A stretch of DNA of 61,543 bases from a virus. Its lineage: Duplodnaviria; Caudoviricetes. A program made the position numbers and the translations under genes. The DNA lies in the IMG/VR virus record IMGVR_UViG_3300010354_000092, positions 1 to 61,543 of that record, one strand, 5' to 3'. Below, one piece after another: positions 38,577 through 48,496 of this stretch; within the stretch, counting starts at the first letter, position 1, and each line of letters starts with the position of its first letter. Below the pieces are notes generated by a model, which had not been told where the DNA came from, ran no database searches, and worked only from the letters and a program-made list of their open reading frames with translations.

Positions 38577-38614
38577 GCAGAAATTACCATAATTTTATTC
38601 GAATAAATAAAGTT

Positions 38615-39781
38615 ATGGCTAACGCATTTACACAATTTCTATCTAATTTTGCAGGCGGTGTGTTTGCAGATCAAGGATATCTTAAAGATTATAAACACGC
38701 CGCACGTCTTTATGCAGACGAAAACTACGGTCTTGCACCTAAAGCAGGATGGAGTTATTTTGTTGAATTTGCTTTCAATCCTAGAATAAAAGAACGTTTA
38801 GTTTTTCCAGCTATAGACCAAACATGGTTTAATAGATATTCCGGTAAAGTTGGATTACTTTGTAAAACTGTAGATCAGCCGAGAGTTTCTATATTAACAG
38901 AAACCCTTAATCAATACAATAGAAAATCTGTTGTTCAAACAAAAATTAATTATAATCCTATTAGTATTACATTTCACGATGACATGAATAATGTGACTAC
39001 TAACTTATGGAAAAATTATTATCAATATTACTATGCTGATAGCAGATACAACGGTATCAGTGTAGGTAATACCAAAGGGCAACATAGAGCAATACCTCAG
39101 GCTTTTAGAGATACCAAATATGAAACTAGGGCCTACGCATACGGATTAAACAACGGTCAAACAGAACCATTCTTTTCTTATATTACTATCTACCTATTAA
39201 ACAGGAAAAAATTTAACACAGTTACTTTGATCAATCCGTTAATCACAGAATGGAATCCGGCAAACTTAGATCAAACCAACGGTCAACGTCTTTTAGATAG
39301 TAGAATGACTTTAAGTTACGAAGCTGTCTATTATGATTTAAGCAATATTCCGATATCAAAAGAAAATCCAGGGTTCCAAAAAGAACATTATGACAATAGT
39401 CCTAGTCCTTTAAGTATATCGGGAAGAGGAACAAAGAGTATATTAGGACCAGGCGGTTTATTAGCCGGCGCATCTGATATTTTCGGAACACTAACACAAG
39501 AAGGTCCGTTAAGTGGTGCTGACCTTTTACGTGTAGCTATACAAGGAAAAAATTTAGTTCAAAATGCTAAATCGATAACTAAAGAAGGACTAAAACAAGA
39601 AGGGTATAGTGTTTTAAATGGTGTGTTCGCAGCCGCAGCCACAGGGTCTGGAAGTTTTGTAGACAATGCGGCTACCGCTGCAAGTGCAAAGTTAGCACCT
39701 GCAGGCATTGAAATATTTAAAAATATAGACCAATCAAAAAATACTACAGCCCAGCCTAGAAATATAGGCGGTGGAACATGA
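38615..39781 (+). CDS. Baseplate tail-tube initiator (tube paralogue, gp48/gp54-like)
   Basis: NQYNRK...YNPISITFHDD tube-like fold, late promoter. Confidence 0.65.
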   Translation: MANAFTQFLSNFAGGVFADQGYLKDYKHAARLYADENYGLAPKAGWSYFVEFAFNPRIKERLVFPAIDQTWFNRYSGKVGLLCKTVDQPRVSILTETLNQYNRKSVVQTKINYNPISITFHDDMNNVTTNLWKNYYQYYYADSRYNGISVGNTKGQHRAIPQAFRDTKYETRAYAYGLNNGQTEPFFSYITIYLLNRKKFNTVTLINPLITEWNPANLDQTNGQRLLDSRMTLSYEAVYYDLSNIPISKENPGFQKEHYDNSPSPLSISGRGTKSILGPGGLLAGASDIFGTLTQEGPLSGADLLRVAIQGKNLVQNAKSITKEGLKQEGYSVLNGVFAAAATGSGSFVDNAATAASAKLAPAGIEIFKNIDQSKNTTAQPRNIGGGT

Positions 39782-40155
39782 AAAAATTATACAATAATAT
39801 TCCTATAGATAAGAATGCAAGCAGCTCAGACTCAACAGTAAAATTGTTTGACAACTATTACGATAGTCCTATTGAATTAGATGGACCTACATTAGACGCT
39901 ATGACTGCATTCTTTGAAAAAAGAGGTTTTCAACCAACAGCAGCAGAATCAACATCTATTGTAATTCTGTCACAGGCAAAACGAGATGGTCTTAATGCTA
40001 TTAAAATTTTAGATACATTAAGCGGATTAACTAATGTAGAAATAAGCGGATTAGTAGCAGAAATTTTAAATTACAATAGATTCAAATCTAGCAGTTTAGG
40101 TATTGTAATCAATCAACTACCTGCTGACGAAATACAACGAAACATTCTTCCATGA
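39778..40155 (+). CDS. Hypothetical protein (tail module)
   Basis: 125-aa ORF, translationally coupled on both sides. Confidence 0.55.
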   Translation: MKKLYNNIPIDKNASSSDSTVKLFDNYYDSPIELDGPTLDAMTAFFEKRGFQPTAAESTSIVILSQAKRDGLNAIKILDTLSGLTNVEISGLVAEILNYNRFKSSSLGIVINQLPADEIQRNILP

Positions 40156-40595
40156 GCTTAAAGTTTGCTAAAGATGCTTACAAACTTAAAAACCCTGACA
40201 AATATGTAGGCACAAGAACACCCGTATATCGTAGTTCCTGGGAACTGTCAGTAATGAGAATGTGTGATGAAAATCCAGCCATACAACAATGGGCTAGCGA
40301 AAGTGTTAAAATACCTTACAGAGATCCGTTAACAGGTAAAGCCACAGTTTATGTGCCAGATTTCTTAGTTGTTTATATTGATAAAAATCAAAAGAAACAT
40401 GCAGAGCTTTGGGAAGTAAAACCAGAGAATCAAATGGTTCTAGAAAAAGTAGGTAAAAATCCTTACAACCAAGCTCAATATGTTAAAAATTTAGCTAAAT
40501 GGGCAGCGGCTAGGAACTGGTGTAAGAACAACGGGCTTATTTTTAGGGTTATTAACGAGCATGATCTTTTCCATAATGGTAAAAAGAAAAGATAA
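40152..40595 (+). CDS. Head completion nuclease (T4 gp4-like, TnsA/PD-(D/E)xK)
   Basis: NPDKYVG, YRSSWE, WASE, YVPDF, EVKP and KWAAA motifs. Confidence 0.9.
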   Translation: MSLKFAKDAYKLKNPDKYVGTRTPVYRSSWELSVMRMCDENPAIQQWASESVKIPYRDPLTGKATVYVPDFLVVYIDKNQKKHAELWEVKPENQMVLEKVGKNPYNQAQYVKNLAKWAAARNWCKNNGLIFRVINEHDLFHNGKKKR

Positions 40596-40603
40596 GTAAA
40601 AAT

Positions 40604-41080
40604 ATGACAAAAAAGCTAGAAGAAATACTAAACATCGAAAGTACTGAAAAAGAGCTAGAAGAGCCTAAGACTGACATCGAAGTTCCTACTATCGATCTTC
40701 AAGAAAAACTTGAAGAGTTTGACAAAATATCTGCTGCCCTCCCTAGGGTTAGAGGTTTAGGAGATATCAGTGATGCAGAATTAGATGCATTGGCAGCAAA
40801 AGCAGAACAGGCCTACGATGATCTTATGGATTTGGGCATGAACGTTGAAGCCAGGTATAGTTCAAGAATGTTTGAAGTAGCTGCTCAAATGATGAATGCT
40901 GCCATTACTGCAAAAACAAATAAGATAGATAAAAAATTAAAAATGGTTGATTTGCAGTTAAAAAAACTAGCTATTGATAAAAAACACGGTGCTTCTGAAA
41001 ATAATACTGTGGAAGGTGAAGGTTATATAATCACTGACCGCAATAGCATACTAGAAAAACTAAAGAAATTAGGTAAATAA
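40604..41080 (+). CDS. Putative terminase small subunit
   Basis: Helical 158 aa, RMFEVAAQMM. Upstream of the large terminase. Confidence 0.55.
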   Translation: MTKKLEEILNIESTEKELEEPKTDIEVPTIDLQEKLEEFDKISAALPRVRGLGDISDAELDALAAKAEQAYDDLMDLGMNVEARYSSRMFEVAAQMMNAAITAKTNKIDKKLKMVDLQLKKLAIDKKHGASENNTVEGEGYIITDRNSILEKLKKLGK

Positions 41081-41097
41081 GTGATAGGAAAAAGGTT

Positions 41098-41709
41098 ATG
41101 AAAACTTTTAAAGAACATCTATCTGAGAGCAAAAAAACCTATACCTTCAAAGTGAAGGTAGCAGGCGATATGACCAATGAGCAAGAAACTAGCTTAAAAT
41201 CACTTTTAGATCGCTATGAAGTATCTGGATTTAAAAAGAATGGTAAAACACCTATTCAAGAATTGCCACTAGATTTCCCTCAGTTGAAGAACATGGAAGT
41301 TAATATATATGAAGTAACTCTAGCATATCCTACTACTCAGTATGAGTTAGTTGAATATCTAACACATAATCTTCAAATAGGGAAGGATAGATTAGTAGTT
41401 AGGAGCCCTAACGAACCTTACGAAGAATACCAAAAGCCTGCAGAACCAAGGACTGAAGCTTTATTAAAAGACCCTGATTATAAAGAATCTCAAAATGCTA
41501 ATTTTGAAGATTTTTACGGAGACAAATATAATTCTAACTTTGTTAAAGAATTAAATGATATTCTAAAATTACAAAGGAAAGAAAGAGGAGAAGTTATTCC
41601 AGAAGCTGCTAATACGGCTCAAGGAACAAAAGACAAAGCATCGTTTAATACAGATGCTCCTCAAAACAATAAAAGTCCTATAGTTCAAGCACAGGATCCA
41701 AGGAAATAA
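41098..41709 (+). CDS. Hypothetical late protein, probable head-internal
   Basis: MKTFKEHLSE N-terminus with L-x-E site. Confidence 0.55.
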   Translation: MKTFKEHLSESKKTYTFKVKVAGDMTNEQETSLKSLLDRYEVSGFKKNGKTPIQELPLDFPQLKNMEVNIYEVTLAYPTTQYELVEYLTHNLQIGKDRLVVRSPNEPYEEYQKPAEPRTEALLKDPDYKESQNANFEDFYGDKYNSNFVKELNDILKLQRKERGEVIPEAANTAQGTKDKASFNTDAPQNNKSPIVQAQDPRK

Positions 41710-41711
41710 TT

Positions 41712-42392
41712 ATGCAAATGATAGATGTTTTAAAAAGACTAGCAGAGTTAGATGATCAAAATCCCAGAGTCTATAAGGACACTGAAGTTCTTAATAAAGA
41801 AACATTAGATGAATGCGGCATGATGCCCGGTTCGTCTACTCCTGCTTCAATTAATATAACAGCAGGAAGCGGAGAAGAATTAAGTCATATGCTTCAAGAC
41901 ATTATGAGTTTAGCAGGTGTACATCAGCATAAACCTGAACAATCAATGTCAGCTGGCCCAGATATGGACAGTATGAGACAAATGATCGACAGTATGAATG
42001 AACCAGCAGAAGAAGGCCTATTAGGTACAATGGCTGGTGCAGGAATCGGAGCTGCTGTTGGAGGACCTCTAGGGGCTGCTGTTGGCGGCGCAGCTGGAGA
42101 TGCTATAACAGGAGACAAAGAGGAACAAGAGGAAGGATTTGATAATGAACCAGAAGATCCTAACGATGTTCCAGCTTTTGATACTAATAAATTCGCCTAC
42201 GATCCTAATGACGGTGATCACAGGGAAAGACAGGCAGGCTTGGCAAGAGCACATCCTATGGAAACTACGGAACAAAAATTATATAGAGAGTATCAAGAGT
42301 TCATTGCGGAAGGTAAAAAGGCCAAGTGTAATCATACACCAAAAGGCAAGGAGTGTCCGGTACACGGCCTTAAAGAGTGTGGAACAATGTAA
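41712..42392 (+). CDS. Acidic protein with glycine-zipper segment and C-terminal Cys/His motif
   Basis: GLLGTMAGAGIGAAVGGPLGAAVGGAAG and CNHTPKGKECPVHGLKEC. Confidence 0.55.
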   Translation: MQMIDVLKRLAELDDQNPRVYKDTEVLNKETLDECGMMPGSSTPASINITAGSGEELSHMLQDIMSLAGVHQHKPEQSMSAGPDMDSMRQMIDSMNEPAEEGLLGTMAGAGIGAAVGGPLGAAVGGAAGDAITGDKEEQEEGFDNEPEDPNDVPAFDTNKFAYDPNDGDHRERQAGLARAHPMETTEQKLYREYQEFIAEGKKAKCNHTPKGKECPVHGLKECGTM

Positions 42393-42406
42393 GAAGCACT
42401 CGCTTC

Positions 42407-42434
42407 AAATAGGCTCTTCGGAGCCTATTTTTTT
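42407..42434 (+). terminator. Rho-independent terminator
   Basis: AAATAGGCTC-TTCG-GAGCCTATTT plus T-run. Confidence 0.9.
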
Positions 42435-42448
42435 CTGTAAATAAACAT

Positions 42449-44035
42449 ATGGCGCTGAAAAATATAGATCAGTTGGTCAAAAAGGCCAACGCAACCCAAA
42501 GATACTCAGAAGATCAAATTCAAGATCTACTGTCTTGTTCTGATGCTTTAACTGGGCCGAGATTTTTTCTAAGTAATTACTTTTTTATTCAACATCCAAC
42601 ACAGGGTAAATTAAAATATACGCCTTATGGATACCAAACCGAATTGCTAGATAGCTATCACGGCCATAGGTTTAGTGTGAATATGCTAGGCCGTCAGATG
42701 GGTAAAACTACAACGGCCGTTGGTTACTTACTTTGGTATGCAATGTTTGTACCAGACAGTACTATATTAATTGCCGCTCACAAATACACCGGCGCTCAGG
42801 AAATTATGCAACGTATTCGATATGGCTATGAATTATGCCCTGACCATATACGATGCGGTGTAACTAGCTATAACAAACAAAGTATAGAATTTGATAACGG
42901 TTCACGTATTGTTGCACAGACTACTACAGAAACAACAGGCCGTGGTATGTCTGTATCGTTACTATACTGTGATGAGTTTGCTTATGTAGAACCTAACATA
43001 GCAGTCGAGTTTTGGACTTCTATTTCGCCTACACTAGCTACTGGTGGTAAGGCAATTATTACTTCGACTCCTAACTCAGATGAAGATCAGTTTGCAATGA
43101 TATGGAACGAAGCAAACAAGAAATTTGACGAATACGGAAATGAACAAGAATTAGGACGGAACGGTTTCTTTCCTTATATGGCCATATGGAGCCAGCATCC
43201 GGATAGAGATGAAACATGGGCAGAAACAGAGCGTAGTCGTGTAGGAATCGAAAGGTTTGAACGAGAACATGAATGTAAATTCTTGATTTTTGATGAAACT
43301 CTTATTAGTAGTTTAAATCTAGCCAAATTAGAAGGTAGAGAGCCTATAATGCGTATGGGCCAAGCTAGATGGTATAAAGACATAGACGTAGCCTCCACAT
43401 ACATCGTAAGTTTAGATCCTAGTCTAGGCACTGGCGGCGATCCTGCCGCTATACAAGTTATAGAAATTCCTAGTCTGATACAGGTAGCAGAATGGCAGCA
43501 TAACAGCACTCCTGTGCAGGCGCAGGCTAGAATATTGCGAGATATTTGTAAGTTTATCGATGATAAATTTACTGCAAAAGGTAGCCAAAGCAGTATATAT
43601 TTTAGTGTAGAAAATAATTCAGTTGGTGAAGCGGCCCTAGTAGCAATCAGCGAAATAGGAGAAGACACATTCCCTGGACTCTTCTTAAGCGAACCAATTA
43701 AAAAAGGTCATGTACGCAGATTTAGAAAAGGTTTTAACACCACACACAGCTCAAAGATTACTGCCTGTGCTAAACTAAAACAACTCATAGAAACTGACAA
43801 TATTAAAGTTAATAGCAAACCGCTTATTAGCGAACTTAAAACTTATGTAGCTAGAGGCATAAGCTTTGAAGCCAAAACAGGACACCACGACGACCTTGTA
43901 TCGAGCTTATTGTTAGCAGTAAGAATGATTATGATATTACAGGACTGGGATCCTAGTGTTTATGATAAAATGCGAGATCACAGTGGCCTAGAAGAATACG
44001 ATATGCCCTTGCCAGTTTACATATCTACATATTGA
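42449..44035 (+). CDS. gp17: Terminase large subunit (T4 gp17-like)
   Basis: RQMGKTT Walker A, LLYCDEFA Walker B, ITSTPN, nuclease LDPSLG and HDDLV. Confidence 0.96.
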   Translation: MALKNIDQLVKKANATQRYSEDQIQDLLSCSDALTGPRFFLSNYFFIQHPTQGKLKYTPYGYQTELLDSYHGHRFSVNMLGRQMGKTTTAVGYLLWYAMFVPDSTILIAAHKYTGAQEIMQRIRYGYELCPDHIRCGVTSYNKQSIEFDNGSRIVAQTTTETTGRGMSVSLLYCDEFAYVEPNIAVEFWTSISPTLATGGKAIITSTPNSDEDQFAMIWNEANKKFDEYGNEQELGRNGFFPYMAIWSQHPDRDETWAETERSRVGIERFEREHECKFLIFDETLISSLNLAKLEGREPIMRMGQARWYKDIDVASTYIVSLDPSLGTGGDPAAIQVIEIPSLIQVAEWQHNSTPVQAQARILRDICKFIDDKFTAKGSQSSIYFSVENNSVGEAALVAISEIGEDTFPGLFLSEPIKKGHVRRFRKGFNTTHSSKITACAKLKQLIETDNIKVNSKPLISELKTYVARGISFEAKTGHHDDLVSSLLLAVRMIMILQDWDPSVYDKMRDHSGLEEYDMPLPVYISTY

Positions 44036-44046
44036 TAAATAGCTTT

Positions 44047-46038
44047 ATGAACTCAATACACATAATCAGCCAAGACGTTTTTGATAAAATACGCTCTAGA
44101 TTCAGCAACCTTGAAATGGGTGACGAAACTGGCGCCGTAACCTCTGATCCTAAAAAAGCAAGATTTTTTGATTTTGACTTTGTTGCTGAAAATGAAAATC
44201 TTGGTCGAGTAAGTATTAGTATAAATGAGTTAGGCTCACTTAAAATTTTTTATAGCCAGGGCATCCTCGAAGACACAGAATCTTTTGTAAAAACCGTTTG
44301 GTACGATTTCTTAAGAGAAATGCGTATGTTTGCTAAACGACGTTTGCTTAGATTTGATACTAGAGACATTACTAAGAGTCACTTAGATAAAAATGATTTT
44401 CAGTATCTAGCTGCTACTGGACAAAAGGACGAAACAACCATGCAAGAAAGTAAAATGTTCGGCAGTTCAAAAAGCTCATATCTGCCTTTAGAGAAAACAA
44501 AACTTATTGTTCGACATAATAAGCCAGTTGATGAAACACAGATTGGTGCAAGAAGTAGGCGTCATAACATTAAGGCACTTTATATTGAAAATCAAGATGG
44601 TGAACGATTCAAATACCCATTTGAACACCTAGCAGGTGCTAAGGCTATGCAACGTCATGTGGCTAACGGTGGCAGGCCTTATGATGACGTAGGTAAAAAA
44701 ATTATAGAAATGAGTCAGCATATTGCTGAACTAGCAGCCTTTAAACGTCATGTTCATGGTCATGATAAAATGAATTATGAAGTTAATGAAATTACAGAAA
44801 AAGCTGACGGAAAATTACAGAACCTAAAACAGACTATGGAGAATCTTTGCAAACAGGGATTTTATGAAAGATGGAAAGATTCTGTACAACCGTATAATGA
44901 TGACGAACAAATGGTTCTAGATCAGGCAACCATGGAAGATTATAAATCTAAATTTACAGTTAAATCTTTTAAAGAAGACTTAACGCAATTCTTTCCGCTG
45001 ATTCACAGAATCATGCAGGAAACAGGCACTATTGAATTAGAAAATTATGTAAATGAAACTGATTCGAAAGAATATTGCGATGCCTGTGATCGTCCCGCTA
45101 AAGACTGTATCTGTGACGATGTTAAAGAAGGTACGTTTGATGAATTTGTCGAATGGGCTAACAGAGTTGAAGAAGGCAGAATAGAGCCAGATACACTAAT
45201 GTCGCTGAAAGAATTAGTAGAGGCCGGATTAACATTAGGCGTAGACGGTGTTAGTGCTATTGAGGCATTACAAGGCATAGGTATACACGATGAGGGATTA
45301 GAAAACGCATTAGTAGAATTATCTAAAGTAAATGCTGGCGCTGACCCTATCCCTACAATTAAAGCTTGGTTAACAAAAGAAGATCCAGAAGCCGCAGAAG
45401 AATTAGGATTAAAATCCAATGAACCAGCAACACAAGAATCCGGTGAAGGGTTAGAGCAGACAGAAGAAAGAGAACCAAATCTAAGAGAGATTGCAGAAAT
45501 GGTTAAATCTTTTTATGACAAAGAAACTGGAAAATTTCCAAAAGGTGAGACTGGCGTAATTGTTCATGTTAAAAAAGAACTAGGAGACAGAGCAGGAGCA
45601 CTAGCAGAAAAATTAGTACATAAGCTTATGTCTGAGGGACCTGCTGTAGACGCCTATATGGCCGGAAAAAGTCCAGCTATTGCTAATTTCGCTGCCCATT
45701 TAGATAAAAACAGAGATCAGTCCGAAGAAGGTAATGCATTTGGGGCTGCGGCCAGTGCGGCCGACCCAGGCGAAAAATTCAAAGTTGGCGATCAAGAATA
45801 TATCAAATCTGAGGACAATCCCCAGCATAGTCATCAATATAAAACTACAATGAAACATGCTGATAACCCAACAGTTCAACAACGTATGGCTGCACACGAT
45901 ATCAACCCGGGTATTGCTGGATATAAAGATCGTGTTGATCTATTAAAAGATTTGGAAAGAACTGGAAAGCTCAAAAGTGAAGGATTGGAAGATAAAGAAA
46001 TGGAACGTATAAAAATTTTATCTGGTTTGGTAAAATAA
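44047..46038 (+). CDS. Large conserved hypothetical late protein, probably virion-internal
   Basis: Start moved to ATG 44047 (TAAATA-N5-ATG). GERFKYPF..LAGAKAMQRHV motif, acidic C-terminal half, ends RIKILSGL. Confidence 0.6.
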   Translation: MNSIHIISQDVFDKIRSRFSNLEMGDETGAVTSDPKKARFFDFDFVAENENLGRVSISINELGSLKIFYSQGILEDTESFVKTVWYDFLREMRMFAKRRLLRFDTRDITKSHLDKNDFQYLAATGQKDETTMQESKMFGSSKSSYLPLEKTKLIVRHNKPVDETQIGARSRRHNIKALYIENQDGERFKYPFEHLAGAKAMQRHVANGGRPYDDVGKKIIEMSQHIAELAAFKRHVHGHDKMNYEVNEITEKADGKLQNLKQTMENLCKQGFYERWKDSVQPYNDDEQMVLDQATMEDYKSKFTVKSFKEDLTQFFPLIHRIMQETGTIELENYVNETDSKEYCDACDRPAKDCICDDVKEGTFDEFVEWANRVEEGRIEPDTLMSLKELVEAGLTLGVDGVSAIEALQGIGIHDEGLENALVELSKVNAGADPIPTIKAWLTKEDPEAAEELGLKSNEPATQESGEGLEQTEEREPNLREIAEMVKSFYDKETGKFPKGETGVIVHVKKELGDRAGALAEKLVHKLMSEGPAVDAYMAGKSPAIANFAAHLDKNRDQSEEGNAFGAAASAADPGEKFKVGDQEYIKSEDNPQHSHQYKTTMKHADNPTVQQRMAAHDINPGIAGYKDRVDLLKDLERTGKLKSEGLEDKEMERIKILSGLVK

Positions 46039-46062
46039 ATCAATTATCAGCAGTCATTTAGG

Positions 46063-46138
46063 TTGCAGAACTAAATAAAAGTGCGTATAGTTAACTATAT
46101 GCACTTTTTCTTTTTAGTCAGTGGGCTAGAAAGAAGTG
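46063..46138 (+). promoter_or_regulatory. Composite promoter (sigma70 plus late) and hairpin leader of the SSB gene
   Basis: TTGCAG-17-TATAGT with TAAATA in the spacer. Hairpins GTGCGTATAG-TTAA-CTATATGCAC and TTTCTTTTTAGTC-AGTG-GGCTAGAAAGAAG. Confidence 0.55.
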
Positions 46139-46172
46139 GCAAAACAAAGGCATAACATTAAGGAGAAACATT

Positions 46173-47168
46173 ATGGCAACTTTGGCAGAAATTCGTGCGA
46201 AACTTCAACAGGCTTCCCAGCAGCAAGGCGGAAGCGGCGGCGGTGATAATGCAATTTTTCCACATTGGAATATTGCAGAAGGAACAACTACTACAGTTCG
46301 TTTCCTACCCGACGGAGACTCTAATAACACTTTCTTCTGGATTGAACGAGCAATGATTAAATTGCCCTTCGCCGGAATCAAAGGTGAAACAAATTCAAAA
46401 CCAACTCAAGTTCAAGTTCCGTGCATGGAAATGTGGGGCGAAACCTGTCCTATTCTTACTGAGGTTCGTCCTTGGTTTAAGGACAAGAGTTTGGAAGATA
46501 TGGGTCGTAAGTATTGGAAGAAAAAATCTTATCTATTCCAAGGCTTTGTTGTAAACACTGACCTTAAAGAAGATAAAACTCCAGAAAATCCAATTCGTCG
46601 ATTCATTATTGGTAGTCAAATTTTTAATATTGTTAAAAATGCTCTCATGGACAGTGAGATTGAAGAACTGCCTACTGATTTGGTACGTGGTTTGGATTTT
46701 AAGATTGCTAAAACTAGTAAAGGTGGCTATGCTGATTATTCTACTTCTACTTGGGCTCGTCGCGAACGTGCGCTAAGTGAGGCAGAGCAGGCAGCAATTG
46801 CACAACATGGATTGTTTAAACTCAGCGACTTCCTACCGAAGAAGCCAGGCGAAGTTGAACTCAAAGTTATCAAGGAAATGTTTGAAGCATCGGTAGATGG
46901 TGAAGCATTTGACATGGAACGTTGGGGGCAATATTTTAAGCCAGCCGGTATGGGAGGAAACAGTGAAGGTGGTGCTACTGCCAAGGCTGCTCCGGCTCCT
47001 GTTAAGGCTGCTCCAGCTCCTCAAGCTAGCCAAACTACAGAGGAAGATGATCCTCCATTTGAACCAGATAATAAACCCGCAAAGGCAGAAAGTTCATCCA
47101 ATAACAGTGAGGCAACAAGTCGAGCCGCTGATATTTTGGCGATGATTCGTAACCGCAATAAGCAATAA
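46173..47168 (+). CDS. gp32: Single-stranded DNA-binding protein (T4 gp32-like)
   Basis: VRFLPD, CMEMWGETCPI, GLDFKIAKT..GGYADYSTS and a low-complexity acidic tail. Confidence 0.85.
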   Translation: MATLAEIRAKLQQASQQQGGSGGGDNAIFPHWNIAEGTTTTVRFLPDGDSNNTFFWIERAMIKLPFAGIKGETNSKPTQVQVPCMEMWGETCPILTEVRPWFKDKSLEDMGRKYWKKKSYLFQGFVVNTDLKEDKTPENPIRRFIIGSQIFNIVKNALMDSEIEELPTDLVRGLDFKIAKTSKGGYADYSTSTWARRERALSEAEQAAIAQHGLFKLSDFLPKKPGEVELKVIKEMFEASVDGEAFDMERWGQYFKPAGMGGNSEGGATAKAAPAPVKAAPAPQASQTTEEDDPPFEPDNKPAKAESSSNNSEATSRAADILAMIRNRNKQ

Positions 47169-47183
47169 TTGGGGGATGATAAA

Positions 47184-48242
47184 ATGGGAAAAGCATTTGA
47201 CATCTCTAAATTTCGCAAAAGCATTACTAAGTCTATCGACGGTTTGGGTATTGGGTTTAATGATCCTACAGACTGGATTTCTACTGGCAATTATGCTCTC
47301 AATTATCTAATTTCTGGGGACTTCTTCAAAGGAGTTCCCCTTGGCAAAGTTACAGTGTTTGCCGGAGAAAGTGGTGCAGGTAAATCATATATCTGCTCCG
47401 GCAATATTGTAAGACACGCTCAAGAACAAGGTATTTTTGTAGTATTAGTTGACACAGAAAACGCTCTTGACAAGGATTGGTTGCAGGCATTAGGTGTGGA
47501 TGTTTCTGAAGAGAAACTATTCAAACTTAATATAGCAATGATCGATGATGTAGCAAAAACTATAAATGAATTTATGAAAGAATATAAGGCCATGCCCGAA
47601 GGCGAGCGTCCTAAAGTTCTTTTTGTCATTGATAGTTTAGGTATGTTGTTAACTCCCACTGATGTAAATCAGTTTGAAGCTGGTGATTTGAAAGGTGACA
47701 TGGGTCGTAAACCTAAAGCATTAACAGCTTTAGTGCGTAACTGTGTAAATATGTTCGGTTCTTATAATGTAGGATTAGTTGCTACTAATCATACCTATGC
47801 AAGCCAGGATATGTTTGACCCCGATGATAAAATTTCAGGAGGTCAAGGATTTATCTACGCTTCAAGTATTGTAGTGGCCATGAAAAAACTCAAACTCAAA
47901 GAGGATGAGGATGGTAATAAGATATCTGATGTTGTAGGTATTCGAAGTGCATGTAAGGTTATGAAAACTCGTTATGCAAAACCTTTTGAATCAGTACAGG
48001 TTAAGATTCCCTATTCAACAGGTATGAGTCCGACTAGCGGATTAGTTGACATGTTTGAAAAAATGGGAGTTTTATCTAAAGTTGGTAACAAACTCGCGTA
48101 TACTAATAAAGAAACAGGCGAGATTGTAGCCGAATTCCGTAAGAACTGGACTGAAGAAAAACTGACGCTAATAATGCAACAATGGGACGAAAATTCAGTT
48201 GGCAAAAATCCTAGTGAACTAATTGAAACAGAGGAAGCATGA
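47184..48242 (+). CDS. uvsX: RecA-like recombinase
   Basis: GESGAGKS Walker A, DTENA, VIDSLG, NHTY and SGG motifs. Confidence 0.93.
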   Translation: MGKAFDISKFRKSITKSIDGLGIGFNDPTDWISTGNYALNYLISGDFFKGVPLGKVTVFAGESGAGKSYICSGNIVRHAQEQGIFVVLVDTENALDKDWLQALGVDVSEEKLFKLNIAMIDDVAKTINEFMKEYKAMPEGERPKVLFVIDSLGMLLTPTDVNQFEAGDLKGDMGRKPKALTALVRNCVNMFGSYNVGLVATNHTYASQDMFDPDDKISGGQGFIYASSIVVAMKKLKLKEDEDGNKISDVVGIRSACKVMKTRYAKPFESVQVKIPYSTGMSPTSGLVDMFEKMGVLSKVGNKLAYTNKETGEIVAEFRKNWTEEKLTLIMQQWDENSVGKNPSELIETEEA

Positions 48243-48496
48243 TGGACGAAAGTTTAGTTATGGAAATATGGGATACATTCCGCGAATATATCCCAGATAA
48301 AAACAAAGAAATGGCAGCAAATCAATTTGTCGACTTTCTTTTAGGTAAAGATTTAGAAGCTTCTGACCTCGAGAGTTTTATGGGCTATGATCCTCATCTA
48401 GATGAAGCAATTAAAACTGTTTTAGATGAGGAATCTGAGTATGAAGATGAAGAGTCTGACGACGACTGGGGCAATGACGTAGACGAGGACTATTAA
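48239..48496 (+). CDS. Small highly acidic protein
   Basis: 85 aa, Asp/Glu-rich, between uvsX and uvsY. Confidence 0.6.
   Translation: MMDESLVMEIWDTFREYIPDKNKEMAANQFVDFLLGKDLEASDLESFMGYDPHLDEAIKTVLDEESEYEDEESDDDWGNDVDEDY

Noticed and set aside
40152-40595. Tn7-like transposon (TnsA)
   Set aside because: The motifs and context fit the T4 gp4-type head completion nuclease. There is no TnsB/TnsC and no transposon ends.
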